From: a virus
Taxonomy: Duplodnaviria; Caudoviricetes
Direction: 5' to 3' (one strand)
Length of the DNA stretch: 64,000 nt
Virus record (IMG/VR): IMGVR_UViG_651703101_000001
Location: 32,001-96,000 of that record
A program made the position numbers and the translations under genes. Below, piece after piece: positions 48,137 through 56,738 of this stretch (its first letter is position 1; the number at the start of each line of letters is the position of its first letter). The notes below the pieces were generated by a model that was given only the letters and a program-made list of their open reading frames with translations, was not told the origin of the DNA and made no database searches.

Positions 48137-48590
48137 ATCTAAGCATTTTACTATATTCTTTAATTAGTTCCTCAGCAATTAGTTTTTCAACTATTTTTCT
48201 TCTATAGTCCTCTGTGATTTCTCTAGATATCATTTTGCTAAGTTCTTTTAGAACAGTTTGTGAAGTCTGTGGATTTCTGAGATCGTCTATTTGATAACTT
48301 GAGATCATTAATGAAACATTAGATGACCAATTTCCAATAATATACTGGACACCTACATGCCAGATGCGATCAATATATGACGCATCTAATTCAAACTGTA
48401 ACTTTTTAATCTCAAATCCTTTTTGGGGTTCATACCAATATCGATTGGGCCCATGTGAAGTAATATAATCTGCATTAGTTAGTGTAGTTATTGCAGTAAC
48501 ATCTGATTGTATCAGATTAGTAAAATTATTATTTTTGAGTTCGGGTTCAACGTCACCCTGAACATATTTTTTATAAATTTCTTCGGCATT
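48039..48590 (-). CDS. hypothetical protein
   Basis: Long ORF; its 3' end overlaps the next gene by about 100 nt. Confidence 0.55.
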   Translation of the reverse strand, partial: NAEEIYKKYVQGDVEPELKNNNFTNLIQSDVTAITTLTNADYITSHGPNRYWYEPQKGFEIKKLQFELDASYIDRIWHVGVQYIIGNWSSNVSLMISSYQIDDLRNPQTSQTVLKELSKMISREITEDYRRKIVEKLIAEELIKEYSKMLRYEGIANSNRSGILFSEGNLQASTLSDGSKSNT

Positions 48591-48865
48591 CATGATGTAA
48601 ATAAATTGCAATCAGTTGGTATTTCTTTTAGGAGAGTTTCCACTAACTCTCCTTTAGTTGCTTGAGATAAGAGTCTATTCTGAACTATTCGTTGATGCAT
48701 CATCTTTCCATTTCTACATGTAAATAATGGTGCATCTTGAGAAATAGACGTTGCTGCACATGCATCACTCATTCCCAAACTACAACTCGGCCTAGGAGGA
48801 CTTACAGCTATTATAATAGCTGCGGCCAGAATTCTACTTAATAGTATAAGAATGTTGGATAACAT
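48590..48865 (-). CDS. hypothetical secreted/membrane protein with Cys residues
   Basis: Signal-like hydrophobic N-terminus. Confidence 0.5.
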   Translation of the reverse strand: MLSNILILLSRILAAAIIIAVSPPRPSCSLGMSDACAATSISQDAPLFTCRNGKMMHQRIVQNRLLSQATKGELVETLLKEIPTDCNLFTS

Positions 48866-50118
48866 TAGATTAAAATTTGTCCTGGGATTCTCCTAGGCTG
48901 ATCTTCATCATCTTTTAGTGCAATCAAATTTGCAGTGACAACAGGAATATGATTATCTCTCCACCAATCACCATGGTAGTGAGTTTCTAATCGATTGACC
49001 ATGAATCTTATATCGGTATTCCGAATGAAGTCAGCTTGTTGTTTTTGTGTGTAATACCAAAAACTATTCTGATTCCAGAAAGAAACATGTGTCGGATCCT
49101 GCCATGCACCCCGGCCATCTGTTGATGGAACTTCGATGAATGCCCACCCACCGTGATGAAGAACACGATGAATTTCCCTCATAGATTTGATAGGATCCTT
49201 TAGATGTTCTAGAACGTGTGATGCATTCAGAACGCCTACAGAATTATCTTCCAGAGGTATACCATTATTTAGGTCACAAGTAATTTCTCCGTCCTCTTGA
49301 TCGATAGTAATGTACCCAGGTCGTGGGTTCATTCCACCGCCGATATCAACTTTGAGCTTTCCATTTAGTTCAGCGTCACGTTCTGCAAGTCTACGTGACC
49401 AGACATCCCGAAGCATTACTGTTTGTTTTTGAATATCCTTTGACTTTGCGAGCCAAGTATTATCACCTGTAATTCTATAGATATAGAGAACTTCATTCAA
49501 TTGAATGAACTTTGATCTTAGATATGTACGAATCATTAGGTCCTGATCATCTAAGACTTCCATTTCCTTATTGTGTCCCCCAATCTCACGGTAAACACTC
49601 GCTCTCCAGGCCCTCACGTGGTCTGGAGCGAACCAAATCAGACAGAGGGAATGGCTGGATGGCTGAAAGGTCAGTGGGGCCCATAGTTCCTTTCCGTCAA
49701 TAGTTACCTTTCGGTGTTGCCAACCAAAGGAAGAATCGTAGGGAATGAACTTGTCTGCATAATGAAGTTTTGCATTATCACTACCAACGAAACCAACTTC
49801 GGAATCCTGAAATTCTTCAGCCAATCTTGTTAGACAGTGTGGAAGTAGCAGATCATCATGATCTGCTTCCACTAGAATATCTCCGCGACCGCGGTGAAAG
49901 GCCATGTGTTTGTGATATCCGACTTTCTTACTATTGGTCCTATCTTCAAATACCCTAACTCTGGGATCCCTCGCCCATGAAACTTCATCCCTACCTACTC
50001 CATTATTCAACCATAGAACCCACTCCCAGTCTTGATGATACTGTTTAAGAATTGATTCATATAGTTCCTTAAGATGTTTAGTAACTTTATGAGTTGGTGT
50101 AATGATTGAAAATTTCAT
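48865..50118 (-). CDS. family 2 glycosyltransferase fused to a class I SAM methyltransferase
   Basis: FSIITPTH, EADHDD, DDQDL; VDIGGG, SHVLEHL, EIHRVL, QDPTH. Confidence 0.85.
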   Translation of the reverse strand: MKFSIITPTHKVTKHLKELYESILKQYHQDWEWVLWLNNGVGRDEVSWARDPRVRVFEDRTNSKKVGYHKHMAFHRGRGDILVEADHDDLLLPHCLTRLAEEFQDSEVGFVGSDNAKLHYADKFIPYDSSFGWQHRKVTIDGKELWAPLTFQPSSHSLCLIWFAPDHVRAWRASVYREIGGHNKEMEVLDDQDLMIRTYLRSKFIQLNEVLYIYRITGDNTWLAKSKDIQKQTVMLRDVWSRRLAERDAELNGKLKVDIGGGMNPRPGYITIDQEDGEITCDLNNGIPLEDNSVGVLNASHVLEHLKDPIKSMREIHRVLHHGGWAFIEVPSTDGRGAWQDPTHVSFWNQNSFWYYTQKQQADFIRNTDIRFMVNRLETHYHGDWWRDNHIPVVTANLIALKDDEDQPRRIPGQILI

Positions 50119-50124
50119 AGTGTG

Positions 50125-50355
50125 TTAGGATCCTTCGTTGGTTTCTTTATATCCGTCTAAGTATTCGTCTGGAAATTCTTTGATGTAGACATCATCAAGA
50201 TATTTGTAATACTCTTCCATGAATTTGTTCTTTTCTTTTTGTGGAAGTTGGGATAACAATTGTAGAGTAAGTTGTTTGATTTCCTCTTTGGAGTATTCTG
50301 GGTGGTATCTCTCAAAGAGATCTATATACTGGCCAATGTCTTCAATAGTTCTCAT
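50125..50355 (-). CDS. hypothetical protein
   Basis: ORF within a co-directional cluster. Confidence 0.5.
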   Translation of the reverse strand: MRTIEDIGQYIDLFERYHPEYSKEEIKQLTLQLLSQLPQKEKNKFMEEYYKYLDDVYIKEFPDEYLDGYKETNEGS

Positions 50356-50367
50356 AGTTTAACCCAT

Positions 50368-50886
50368 TCATTTATTTTCTTTTATTAAATCTTGAAACAC
50401 TGCTTCTGTTTCTTCTTCGATATCATCCTTGATCATTTGCATAACTATATCATTAATTTCATTCTCTACTTTCTTATCGAATTTTTGTTGTTCCAGTTGT
50501 AAGTTGTAATGTTTCTCATACTGATCGAGTTTCAACATTGTAGAGGGATCAACATAAAATCCGTCAAGTTCTTGGGTAGACGCAATATCTAACCATTTTT
50601 GATATAGAAAGTCAGACAAGTCCCCAGGAAAGACACATTCGACACTCTTAGCCTTCCCAATCCCAAGATAGTCTATTTGGGTTCTCTTACTATATGAACC
50701 CTTCGGTGGACAATATTCATAATACTCGGCGATGTCATCTTTCTTTCTACCGAATAGACCCCAGGCAAAGAATCCGCGTTTCACTTGTTGTTCTAGTTTA
50801 CGTTGGTTGCGCAAGTATACTTCCATTGCATCTGTTTGTTTTTTGAACTGAACCCAATCAATTTCGTTTGGAAAGTTTTTGGCCAT
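50368..50886 (-). CDS. hypothetical protein
   Basis: ORF downstream of the dyad promoter. Confidence 0.55.
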   Translation of the reverse strand: MAKNFPNEIDWVQFKKQTDAMEVYLRNQRKLEQQVKRGFFAWGLFGRKKDDIAEYYEYCPPKGSYSKRTQIDYLGIGKAKSVECVFPGDLSDFLYQKWLDIASTQELDGFYVDPSTMLKLDQYEKHYNLQLEQQKFDKKVENEINDIVMQMIKDDIEEETEAVFQDLIKENK

Positions 50887-50907
50887 ATGGAAATTTTGTT
50901 CTCAAGA

Positions 50908-50965
50908 ATTCTAACACAAAAAAGGGAGGGCTACGCCTCCCTTGTGACAGTTGTTAAAGTGTCCT
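50908..50965 (-). promoter_or_regulatory. dyad motif, terminator hairpin and extended -10
   Basis: GGACACTTTAACAACTGTCACA-AGGGAGGCGTAGCCCTCCCTTTTTT-GTGTTAGAAT on the minus strand. Confidence 0.6.
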
Positions 50966-50966
50966 T

Positions 50967-51861
50967 TTAACTATTTCTAGCTGCATGATACACATTGTTC
51001 AATTGTTTTGATCTCTTTGTTTGTGCTTTCTGTCTGGGAGATCCGGGTTCTGATTTTTGTAAATCATCACTCTTTTTTAGAGCCTTCATTGCGGGAGATA
51101 GTCTACCCATACTGTCATTTGATCTTCCATGTGCGGGTGGTGTTTTGAACGGAGATACAAACTTTTCCAAGATACTTTCAATCCACTCATCGGACATGTG
51201 TTCAATAAAGACTTCTGCAGACACTTCGTTGTTGACAAAACCTTCATCAATTAGATAAGAAACAACATCAGAGTAATCATAGCTATCATGAATACCTTGA
51301 CCATCTTTTCTCATTAGACGATTTGAAAAATTATTATTTTTTCTTTCTCTTGTTGTGCGTATTTTCCTCTAGAAACTTGAGGTTTTCTTTTGCCAGATAA
51401 TGTATCATCAATTCTATTTGCCTTCGTATGATATCTAATAGATTTGGCACCATCTTTAGTGCTATTAGATTTTACTCTATGAGCAAACATTTGCCCCTTC
51501 ATTTTACCAACAGGAAGTTGCTTATAACCCTCAATGATACTTTCAATCCACTCGTCGGACATGTGTTCAATAAAGACTTCTGCAGACACTTCATCGTCAA
51601 CAAAACCTTCATCCATTAGATAGGAGATAACTTCTTCTTTAACTGTCTTATTTTTTTCTTTGGGTGATCTTTGAGAAATTTCTGAGCATTATCTGCCTTC
51701 TTTCGTTTTTGATATGGAAGTTCACCCGCCTTAGCCTTTCTTAGATGTTCGTCGCGAACTTCATCTTTTCTTTGACGATACTCATCGTAATCTGGTTGTG
51801 GTTTATAACCTTCGTAAACTTCTAGGTATGATTCTTGAAGACTGTACAGAAAATTACTCAT
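50967..51861 (-). CDS. repeat-containing late protein, putative internal head polyprotein (split by two one-base frameshifts)
   Basis: MSNFLYSLQESYLEVYE start and two copies of YLxDEGFV..EVSAEVFIEHMSDEWIESI; adding one A at 51651-57 and at 51337-42 fuses three ORFs into 298 aa. Confidence 0.65.
51172..51613. repeat. near-identical direct repeat of about 77 bp (about 51172-51248 and 51537-51613)
   Basis: atactttcaatccactc(a/g)tcggacatgtgttcaataaagacttctgcagacacttc...acaaaaccttcatc. Confidence 0.85.
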
Positions 51862-51894
51862 TTTAATATAGTTTATTGTTCTTCTATTTATAAG

Positions 51895-51923
51895 AAAGGG
51901 AGCGTTATTAGCGCTCCCGAAAA
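51895..51923. terminator. terminator after psbA
   Basis: aaaGGGAGCG-ttattag-CGCTCCC. Confidence 0.7.
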
Positions 51924-53015
51924 TCAACCGATGGTAGGTGCAGTTAGTGCTACAGGAGTAACAGAAACTGACGCAAGATCCAACGGGAAGTTATGTGCGT
52001 TACGTTCGTGCATCACTTCCATACCAAGCCCGGCACGATTAAGTACATCGGCCCAGGTATTGACAACACGGTTTTGGCTATCGACAAGACTCTGATTGAA
52101 GTTAAATCCATTCAGATTAAATGCCATGGTGCTAACACCCAGAGCAGCAAACCAAATGCCAACCACTGGCCAAGCAGCCAAGAAAAAGTGGAGAGAACGA
52201 CTATTGTTGAAGGAAGCATACTGGAAGATAAGACGACCGAAGTAGCCGTGAGCAGCAACAATATTATAAGTTTCCTCTTCTTGACCGAACTTGTAACCAT
52301 AGTTTTGTGAGACATTTTCTGTAGTTTCTCGGATTAGAGAAGAAGTGACAAGTGAACCATGCATTGCAGAGAATAGAGCTCCACCGAATACACCAGCAAC
52401 TCCCAACATGTGAAAGGGATGCATAAGGATGTTATGTTCCGCCTGGAAGACAAGCATGTAGTTGAACGTTCCTGAGATACCAAGTGGCATGCCATCAGAG
52501 AAAGAACCTTGCCCGAAAGGATACACAAGGAATACAGCAGATGCCGCTGCAACTGGAGCAGAGTAAGCAACACAGATCCATGGACGCATACCGAGACGAT
52601 ATGAAAGTTCCCATTCACGACCCATGTAAGCAAATGCACCAATCAGGAAGTGAAAGACAACAAGTTGATAAGGTCCACCATTATATAGCCATTCGTCCAT
52701 ACTTGCTGCTTCCCAAATAGGATAGAAATGTAGACCAATAGCATTAGAGGATGGAACTACGGCACCAGAAATGATGTTGTTTCCGTACATGAGAGAACCA
52801 GCGACTGGCTCACGGATACCGTCAATATCAACTGGGGGTGCACCAACGAATGCAATGATGAAACAGACAGTGGCAGCAAGTAGAGTTGGAATCATAAGAG
52901 TTCCAAACCAACCAACATAGATACGGTTGTTAGTGGAGGTGACCCAATCACAGAAGTTCTGCCAAACTTCCGAAAGGGGATTTCTACGATTTAGTGTAGA
53001 TGAAATGTAAGACAT
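51924..53015 (-). CDS. psbA: photosystem II D1 protein
   Basis: [47 protein letters not shown]; likely ATG at 53015; no intron. Confidence 0.99.
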   Translation of the reverse strand: MSYISSTLNRRNPLSEVWQNFCDWVTSTNNRIYVGWFGTLMIPTLLAATVCFIIAFVGAPPVDIDGIREPVAGSLMYGNNIISGAVVPSSNAIGLHFYPIWEAASMDEWLYNGGPYQLVVFHFLIGAFAYMGREWELSYRLGMRPWICVAYSAPVAAASAVFLVYPFGQGSFSDGMPLGISGTFNYMLVFQAEHNILMHPFHMLGVAGVFGGALFSAMHGSLVTSSLIRETTENVSQNYGYKFGQEEETYNIVAAHGYFGRLIFQYASFNNSRSLHFFLAAWPVVGIWFAALGVSTMAFNLNGFNFNQSLVDSQNRVVNTWADVLNRAGLGMEVMHERNAHNFPLDLASVSVTPVALTAPTIG

Positions 53016-53039
53016 TTGGTTTCCATAAGAGAAGAGTGT

Positions 53040-53098
53040 GTAAGTATGATAAGACAAAGCCCAGCTAAGCCGGTAGAGGTCTTGGTGCCGGGGGCTTG
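53040..53098 (-). ncRNA. PhotoRC-II-like structured psbA leader
   Basis: Minus strand AAGCCC..ACCAAGAC...GGGCTTTGTCTTATCATAC, with overlapping pairings AAGAC/GTCTT and AAGCCC/GGGCTT. Confidence 0.5.
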
Positions 53099-53105
53099 TG
53101 TATAT

Positions 53106-53843
53106 TTAGTTACAAAACTTCATGGATTCATCCCATCCTGATATCTGAAACCACCGAGCTTGTATACATTCAAGGTACTTCTCACCGGTCATTGTCCCCC
53201 ATGGATAGAAACCAGTTCCCCACATATCGTTGACCTCAATCAGTATAGTTTTTTCGTCAGAGATACCAAGGTCCAGAGTATAGGAAATCGGTGCGTTGTT
53301 CTTGTAATCTTTAATCATATCAGACACAACACTGAAGTCTGGTTGAATATCATCACCTTCATTGTCGTCATATCTAGACCATCCAACTAACTCACCATTG
53401 AGAATATAAAGTCTCCATTCTTGATTGATAGAAATCGGTTCGGATATCCATACCATTTCTATTGTCAAGTCTCGTGTCTTCTCTACCTCAGACTTGACAT
53501 CACATGTGAATTCTTTAGTACCTCTTGGTTTAATATAGTCGGTGGGTTTTGCATTGAATGCATAATCTAATCTTACTTTTCTTCCTAGGTACTTCTCCAA
53601 CTGATAAGGATAGTCAATTGGTTCCGGTACTGGAATGTTCATATGACTCATGTAGTTTCCGATGAACTTCACGGATCCAATAGGAACAAACTGTCTAGAC
53701 AGTTTGATAACATTATCACTTATGAAATCTGGATGAATCTTTAGAATGTCAGTTCTGGGATTCTTGACACTTTGTTCCGCGATCCACTTTTCATAAGTGA
53801 GAACATCACCGATTTCAAATAGGAACTTCTTATCATTTATCAT
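53106..53843 (-). CDS. ATP-grasp domain protein (DUF4343/R2K-like)
   Basis: PIGSVKF, DYP..L..YLGR, YIKP...KEF, EWRLYI, YTLDLG...LIEVND. Confidence 0.8.
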   Translation of the reverse strand: MINDKKFLFEIGDVLTYEKWIAEQSVKNPRTDILKIHPDFISDNVIKLSRQFVPIGSVKFIGNYMSHMNIPVPEPIDYPYQLEKYLGRKVRLDYAFNAKPTDYIKPRGTKEFTCDVKSEVEKTRDLTIEMVWISEPISINQEWRLYILNGELVGWSRYDDNEGDDIQPDFSVVSDMIKDYKNNAPISYTLDLGISDEKTILIEVNDMWGTGFYPWGTMTGEKYLECIQARWFQISGWDESMKFCN

Positions 53844-54211
53844 ATTTCCTCCTTATCAAAGGTAACACCGTCAACCAGTTCAGTTATTCTATCAACCCAT
53901 TCTTGAGTCATAGGGACAACACCATTTCTGGTCTTCCAGTCGTCCCATTCTTCTTCTGTCGTAATTTTGTCCAAGTCTTGAACAACAAAACGAAGATACG
54001 ACAATGCTTCATAGTCAATAATATCATCTTCCAGTGAATCCCAGAAGTCGAGTCTTACTGCCTGTTCTTTATCTTCTTGGGTGTAGTGTGGGAAACAGTC
54101 ATAGTTTTCATAGTTACTGGTCATCCAGTCTTTCCAAGCAGCCAGGGCCCACCCTACATTCTTCCAACCCTGAATAAGACAGTCGTGTAGATAATAATCA
54201 AATTTGTTCAT
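53840..54211 (-). CDS. hypothetical protein
   Basis: Trp-rich ORF coupled to the ATP-grasp gene. Confidence 0.55.
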   Translation of the reverse strand: MNKFDYYLHDCLIQGWKNVGWALAAWKDWMTSNYENYDCFPHYTQEDKEQAVRLDFWDSLEDDIIDYEALSYLRFVVQDLDKITTEEEWDDWKTRNGVVPMTQEWVDRITELVDGVTFDKEEI

Positions 54212-54443
54212 GGAATTCTTCAATGTTTTTAATGTTTCCAGATTGAACAGCAAGTGTTCCTTTCTCCACTAATTGCCACACGGCACGTGTAAGTTCGTGC
54301 ATATAATAACTGCGGCCGAGAAGATGAATGTCTGCAAGTGTGGTCGGATGGTCTTTGTCTCTGGTGGCCAAATAGACAAAGAGTTGAACATCATCATGTG
54401 ATGGTCTAGTCAGTTCAATCATAACAGTTTCCGTAGATTCCAT
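54198..54443 (-). CDS. hypothetical protein (possible winged helix)
   Basis: ELTRAVWQLVEKGTL. Confidence 0.45.
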   Translation of the reverse strand: MESTETVMIELTRPSHDDVQLFVYLATRDKDHPTTLADIHLLGRSYYMHELTRAVWQLVEKGTLAVQSGNIKNIEEFHEQI

Positions 54444-54633
54444 CAAGTAGATTGGGGTCGTCTAGTTCATTACAGAGTTCTTCGATTTCTTCGATGAAGT
54501 CAAAGACTGCCGCGGGCTCATCGCCATTCAGAGTTTCCGCAATTGCCTGACGAATAGTACGTGCAAGTCTAGGTGCATTACCACCTTCGCCTTCAAAGAA
54601 GGCAAGATATACACGTTCAGCTCTCTTGGACAT
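54415..54633 (-). CDS. hypothetical protein
   Basis: ORF in a tightly packed cluster. Confidence 0.5.
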   Translation of the reverse strand: MSKRAERVYLAFFEGEGGNAPRLARTIRQAIAETLNGDEPAAVFDFIEEIEELCNELDDPNLLDGIYGNCYD

Positions 54634-54781
54634 TGTTCAATACCTCGTTTGCTTTGTCTCTTAGAAGTTGTAGGAAGTCATCTTCCGTGTAATCGTTCAA
54701 CATAGATTCTACTGGATCACTTTCGTCCCATGAGATTTCTATTCTATGTTCCTCATCGAAGAATTCAACTTGAATAGTCAT
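54617..54781 (-). CDS. small acidic hypothetical protein (54 aa, not in the ORF track)
   Basis: MTIQVEFFDEEHRIEISWDESDPVESMLNDYTEDDFL...; ATGA overlap. Confidence 0.55.
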   Translation of the reverse strand: MTIQVEFFDEEHRIEISWDESDPVESMLNDYTEDDFLQLLRDKANEVLNNVQES

Positions 54782-54993
54782 AGGTCATGATAAAATGTTC
54801 TAGTTTCATGGGCGATATATCTGTAATAATCATTCATGAGTTCTTTTTTTGAACTATATGGTGGCCATTCTGGCCACACATTTTGCCAACCCCACCATCT
54901 TTTTCTTTGTAGTCTGTAATAACTTTTTGGATTTAGATTTGGATCGTCGTAATTGATGTCAAAAGATTCTTCTATTCTATATTGTTTATGCAT
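54778..54993 (-). CDS. hypothetical protein
   Basis: YRLQRKRWWGWQNV motif. Confidence 0.55.
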   Translation of the reverse strand: MHKQYRIEESFDINYDDPNLNPKSYYRLQRKRWWGWQNVWPEWPPYSSKKELMNDYYRYIAHETRTFYHDL

Positions 54994-55222
54994 TTTCCAT
55001 ATACTCTTCTAGATTTTCTTTGGCCAGAGTGATGAGTGTCTGTTTATCATCAAGATAAGACAGAAGATCTTCAACAGTTTCACCATACATATCACATAGT
55101 TTGACAAACTTTTCTGTACTAATATTGTGGTATGAGCTCAACCAAATATCCATTGCATGGAGAATTTGATATTTTTCTAAGTGAAATTTAATATTGTCAA
55201 TATCAGTTTGATATGAACTCAT
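54986..55222 (-). CDS. hypothetical protein
   Basis: Coupled to nusG. Confidence 0.5.
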   Translation of the reverse strand: MSSYQTDIDNIKFHLEKYQILHAMDIWLSSYHNISTEKFVKLCDMYGETVEDLLSYLDDKQTLITLAKENLEEYMENA

Positions 55223-55800
55223 TTCAATAATTGCTCTTTACTAAATTCAACTGTCGTGATTCTACCAAACATATCAACTTCGGCAGTTACTTTGTCACCA
55301 CGAATAGAATCTACGATAATATTTTTACCCTCAAATGGTCCATTAATTACAGTAAGTTTGTCTCCTACTTTGTAATCAGCCAACAGATTAGTTTTGGTTT
55401 CTTTGTATGCATCATCCACTTGTGAGAAGATTGTACGAACTTCAGATGCCGGCATAACTCTGGGTTTCTTTTTATCTGGTCCAGCAAATCCTAACACATT
55501 GAATGTAGATCGAATAATGTCATGACTAGAGGCCGGAAAAACTTCTACGAATACTCCCTCTTCTTCGGTCTCGATTTTTTCTTTTTTCACTTGCACTAGA
55601 ATATAACCAGGAAGGATGTTAGTCTTTGTAGACTTTTTCTTTCCTTTATCATCAACTGTGACAACCGTATGTTGAGGGACTTCAACATCTTGAATAAAGA
55701 TGTCACCTAGAACACTCTTTCTCGCCTTGAGATCCGCCATGGCTTTCTTTTCACATCCTGCTGCAACTTGCACACAGTACCAGTCTTTATAGTTCATCAT
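55219..55800 (-). CDS. nusG: transcription elongation factor NusG
   Basis: WYCVQVAAGCEKK, ILPGYILV, KOW motif VGDKLTVINGPFEG, VDMFGRITTVE. Confidence 0.92.
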   Translation of the reverse strand: MMNYKDWYCVQVAAGCEKKAMADLKARKSVLGDIFIQDVEVPQHTVVTVDDKGKKKSTKTNILPGYILVQVKKEKIETEEEGVFVEVFPASSHDIIRSTFNVLGFAGPDKKKPRVMPASEVRTIFSQVDDAYKETKTNLLADYKVGDKLTVINGPFEGKNIIVDSIRGDKVTAEVDMFGRITTVEFSKEQLLK

Positions 55801-56000
55801 ACGTTTGTTAGTAGATCGTCTCCTAGAAGATTAAGAATGATTTGATAATCTGTGTCAGCGTCACCAGTCATAATCAATCCTTGATTCTTATAGAATTTGC
55901 AAATTTTCTTGTAGAGTTGCTTGTTAGAACGAAGGTCTAGAGTTCCTTCGTATGCCTGTTGAATTGTTGGAATATCCTTTACGAATTTGTTGATAGTCAT
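55797..56000 (-). CDS. conserved cyanophage hypothetical protein
   Basis: LYKKICKFYKNQG...GD..TDY. Confidence 0.6.
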   Translation of the reverse strand: MTINKFVKDIPTIQQAYEGTLDLRSNKQLYKKICKFYKNQGLIMTGDADTDYQIILNLLGDDLLTNV

Positions 56001-56082
56001 TGACTTGCAGACTTAATTACACATACCAGAAATAGAAAACCGACCAAGGCTGGCCAGTAGAAATGAATGAGTTGATCAGATG

Positions 56083-56316
56083 TCATTTAAGATAATGGTC
56101 CTCATATTTGAAAGGAAGTTCACCTTCGATAAGGAACATTACTGAGTTGAAAGATCCGGGTATACCTTCAAGTTTGAGTGAGGTAGACCAATTATTGACT
56201 CTACCACCGACAACTTTATAGCGTTGCCCTACGATTAGTTCTTCGTTAGCTTGTTCATTTTGAAATGGGTATCCATTCTTTCCTGTGAATGTTGCCCAAC
56301 AATTTGTTTCAGTCAT
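56083..56316 (-). CDS. hypothetical protein
   Basis: LIVGQRYKV...V..WST...L......FNSVMF motif. Confidence 0.6.
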   Translation of the reverse strand: MTETNCWATFTGKNGYPFQNEQANEELIVGQRYKVVGGRVNNWSTSLKLEGIPGSFNSVMFLIEGELPFKYEDHYLK

Positions 56317-56330
56317 TGTTTTGTTATTTA

Positions 56331-56542
56331 AAAGGGGCCCGAAGACCCCATCGCTCAAAGTGCGGCAACCAGGGAGGTTACGGCAGTTCTGCGGAATTTA
56401 ACTACGTTGTTTGCAGTTGTTGTTTCGATCCGTCAACAATTATACACATATAGTTCAGTCGAAACCTTGGCATCCCCAAGAAGTGGAGATGTGGGGAGTC
56501 GAACCCCAGTCCTAAACAATAGAGGTGATAATCTCTTGATCA
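56331..56542 (-). ncRNA. ssrA: circularly permuted (two-piece) tmRNA
   Basis: Minus strand: acceptor piece ...GGACTGGGGTTCGACTCCCCACATCTCCA (ends 56484), 6-nt spacer, GGGGATGCCAAGGTTTCGAC (G1 = 56477, G3-U70 pair), tag ANNVVKFRRTAVTSLVAAL* at 56414-56355, terminal hairpin GGGGTC-TTCG-GGCCCC-TTTT. Confidence 0.9.
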
Positions 56543-56543
56543 A

Positions 56544-56617
56544 TACCGGTGACAAGACTCGAACTTGCACTGGGCTGGGCTTAAATCAGCTGCCTCCTAC
56601 CATTGGGCTACACCGGC
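56544..56617 (-). tRNA. tRNA-Leu (UAA)
   Basis: GCCGGTG/CACCGGT acceptor stem, anticodon loop TTTAAGC, T-loop GTTCGAG. Confidence 0.85.
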
Positions 56618-56642
56618 ATGTTATCCTTATTTATTAAGGATA

Positions 56643-56715
56643 TGCTCGTTGAGGGGATCGAACCCACCTGAGGCGAATTATGAGTTCGCTGCTTTCACCA
56701 GATAGCTAAACGAGC
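56643..56715 (-). tRNA. tRNA with CAU anticodon (elongator Met or Ile2)
   Basis: GCTCGTT/AACGAGC acceptor stem, GCGAA-CTCATAA-TTCGC, GTTCGATC. Confidence 0.9.
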
Positions 56716-56738
56716 AGGTCGTTTCCCCGACCTCTAAA

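Noticed and set aside
48039-48150. Possible sixth frameshift explaining the roughly 100-nt overlap of two ORFs
   Set aside because: Adding one A in AGTAAAATG would end the gene before the overlap, but there is no homology evidence to decide, so it was left uncalled
53016-53057. 14-aa N-terminal extension of D1 in the ORF track
   Set aside because: The TTG start lies inside the structured leader; the ATG at 53015 gives a normal-length D1
56407-56637. 76-aa + strand ORF
   Set aside because: Antisense to tmRNA and tRNA-Leu
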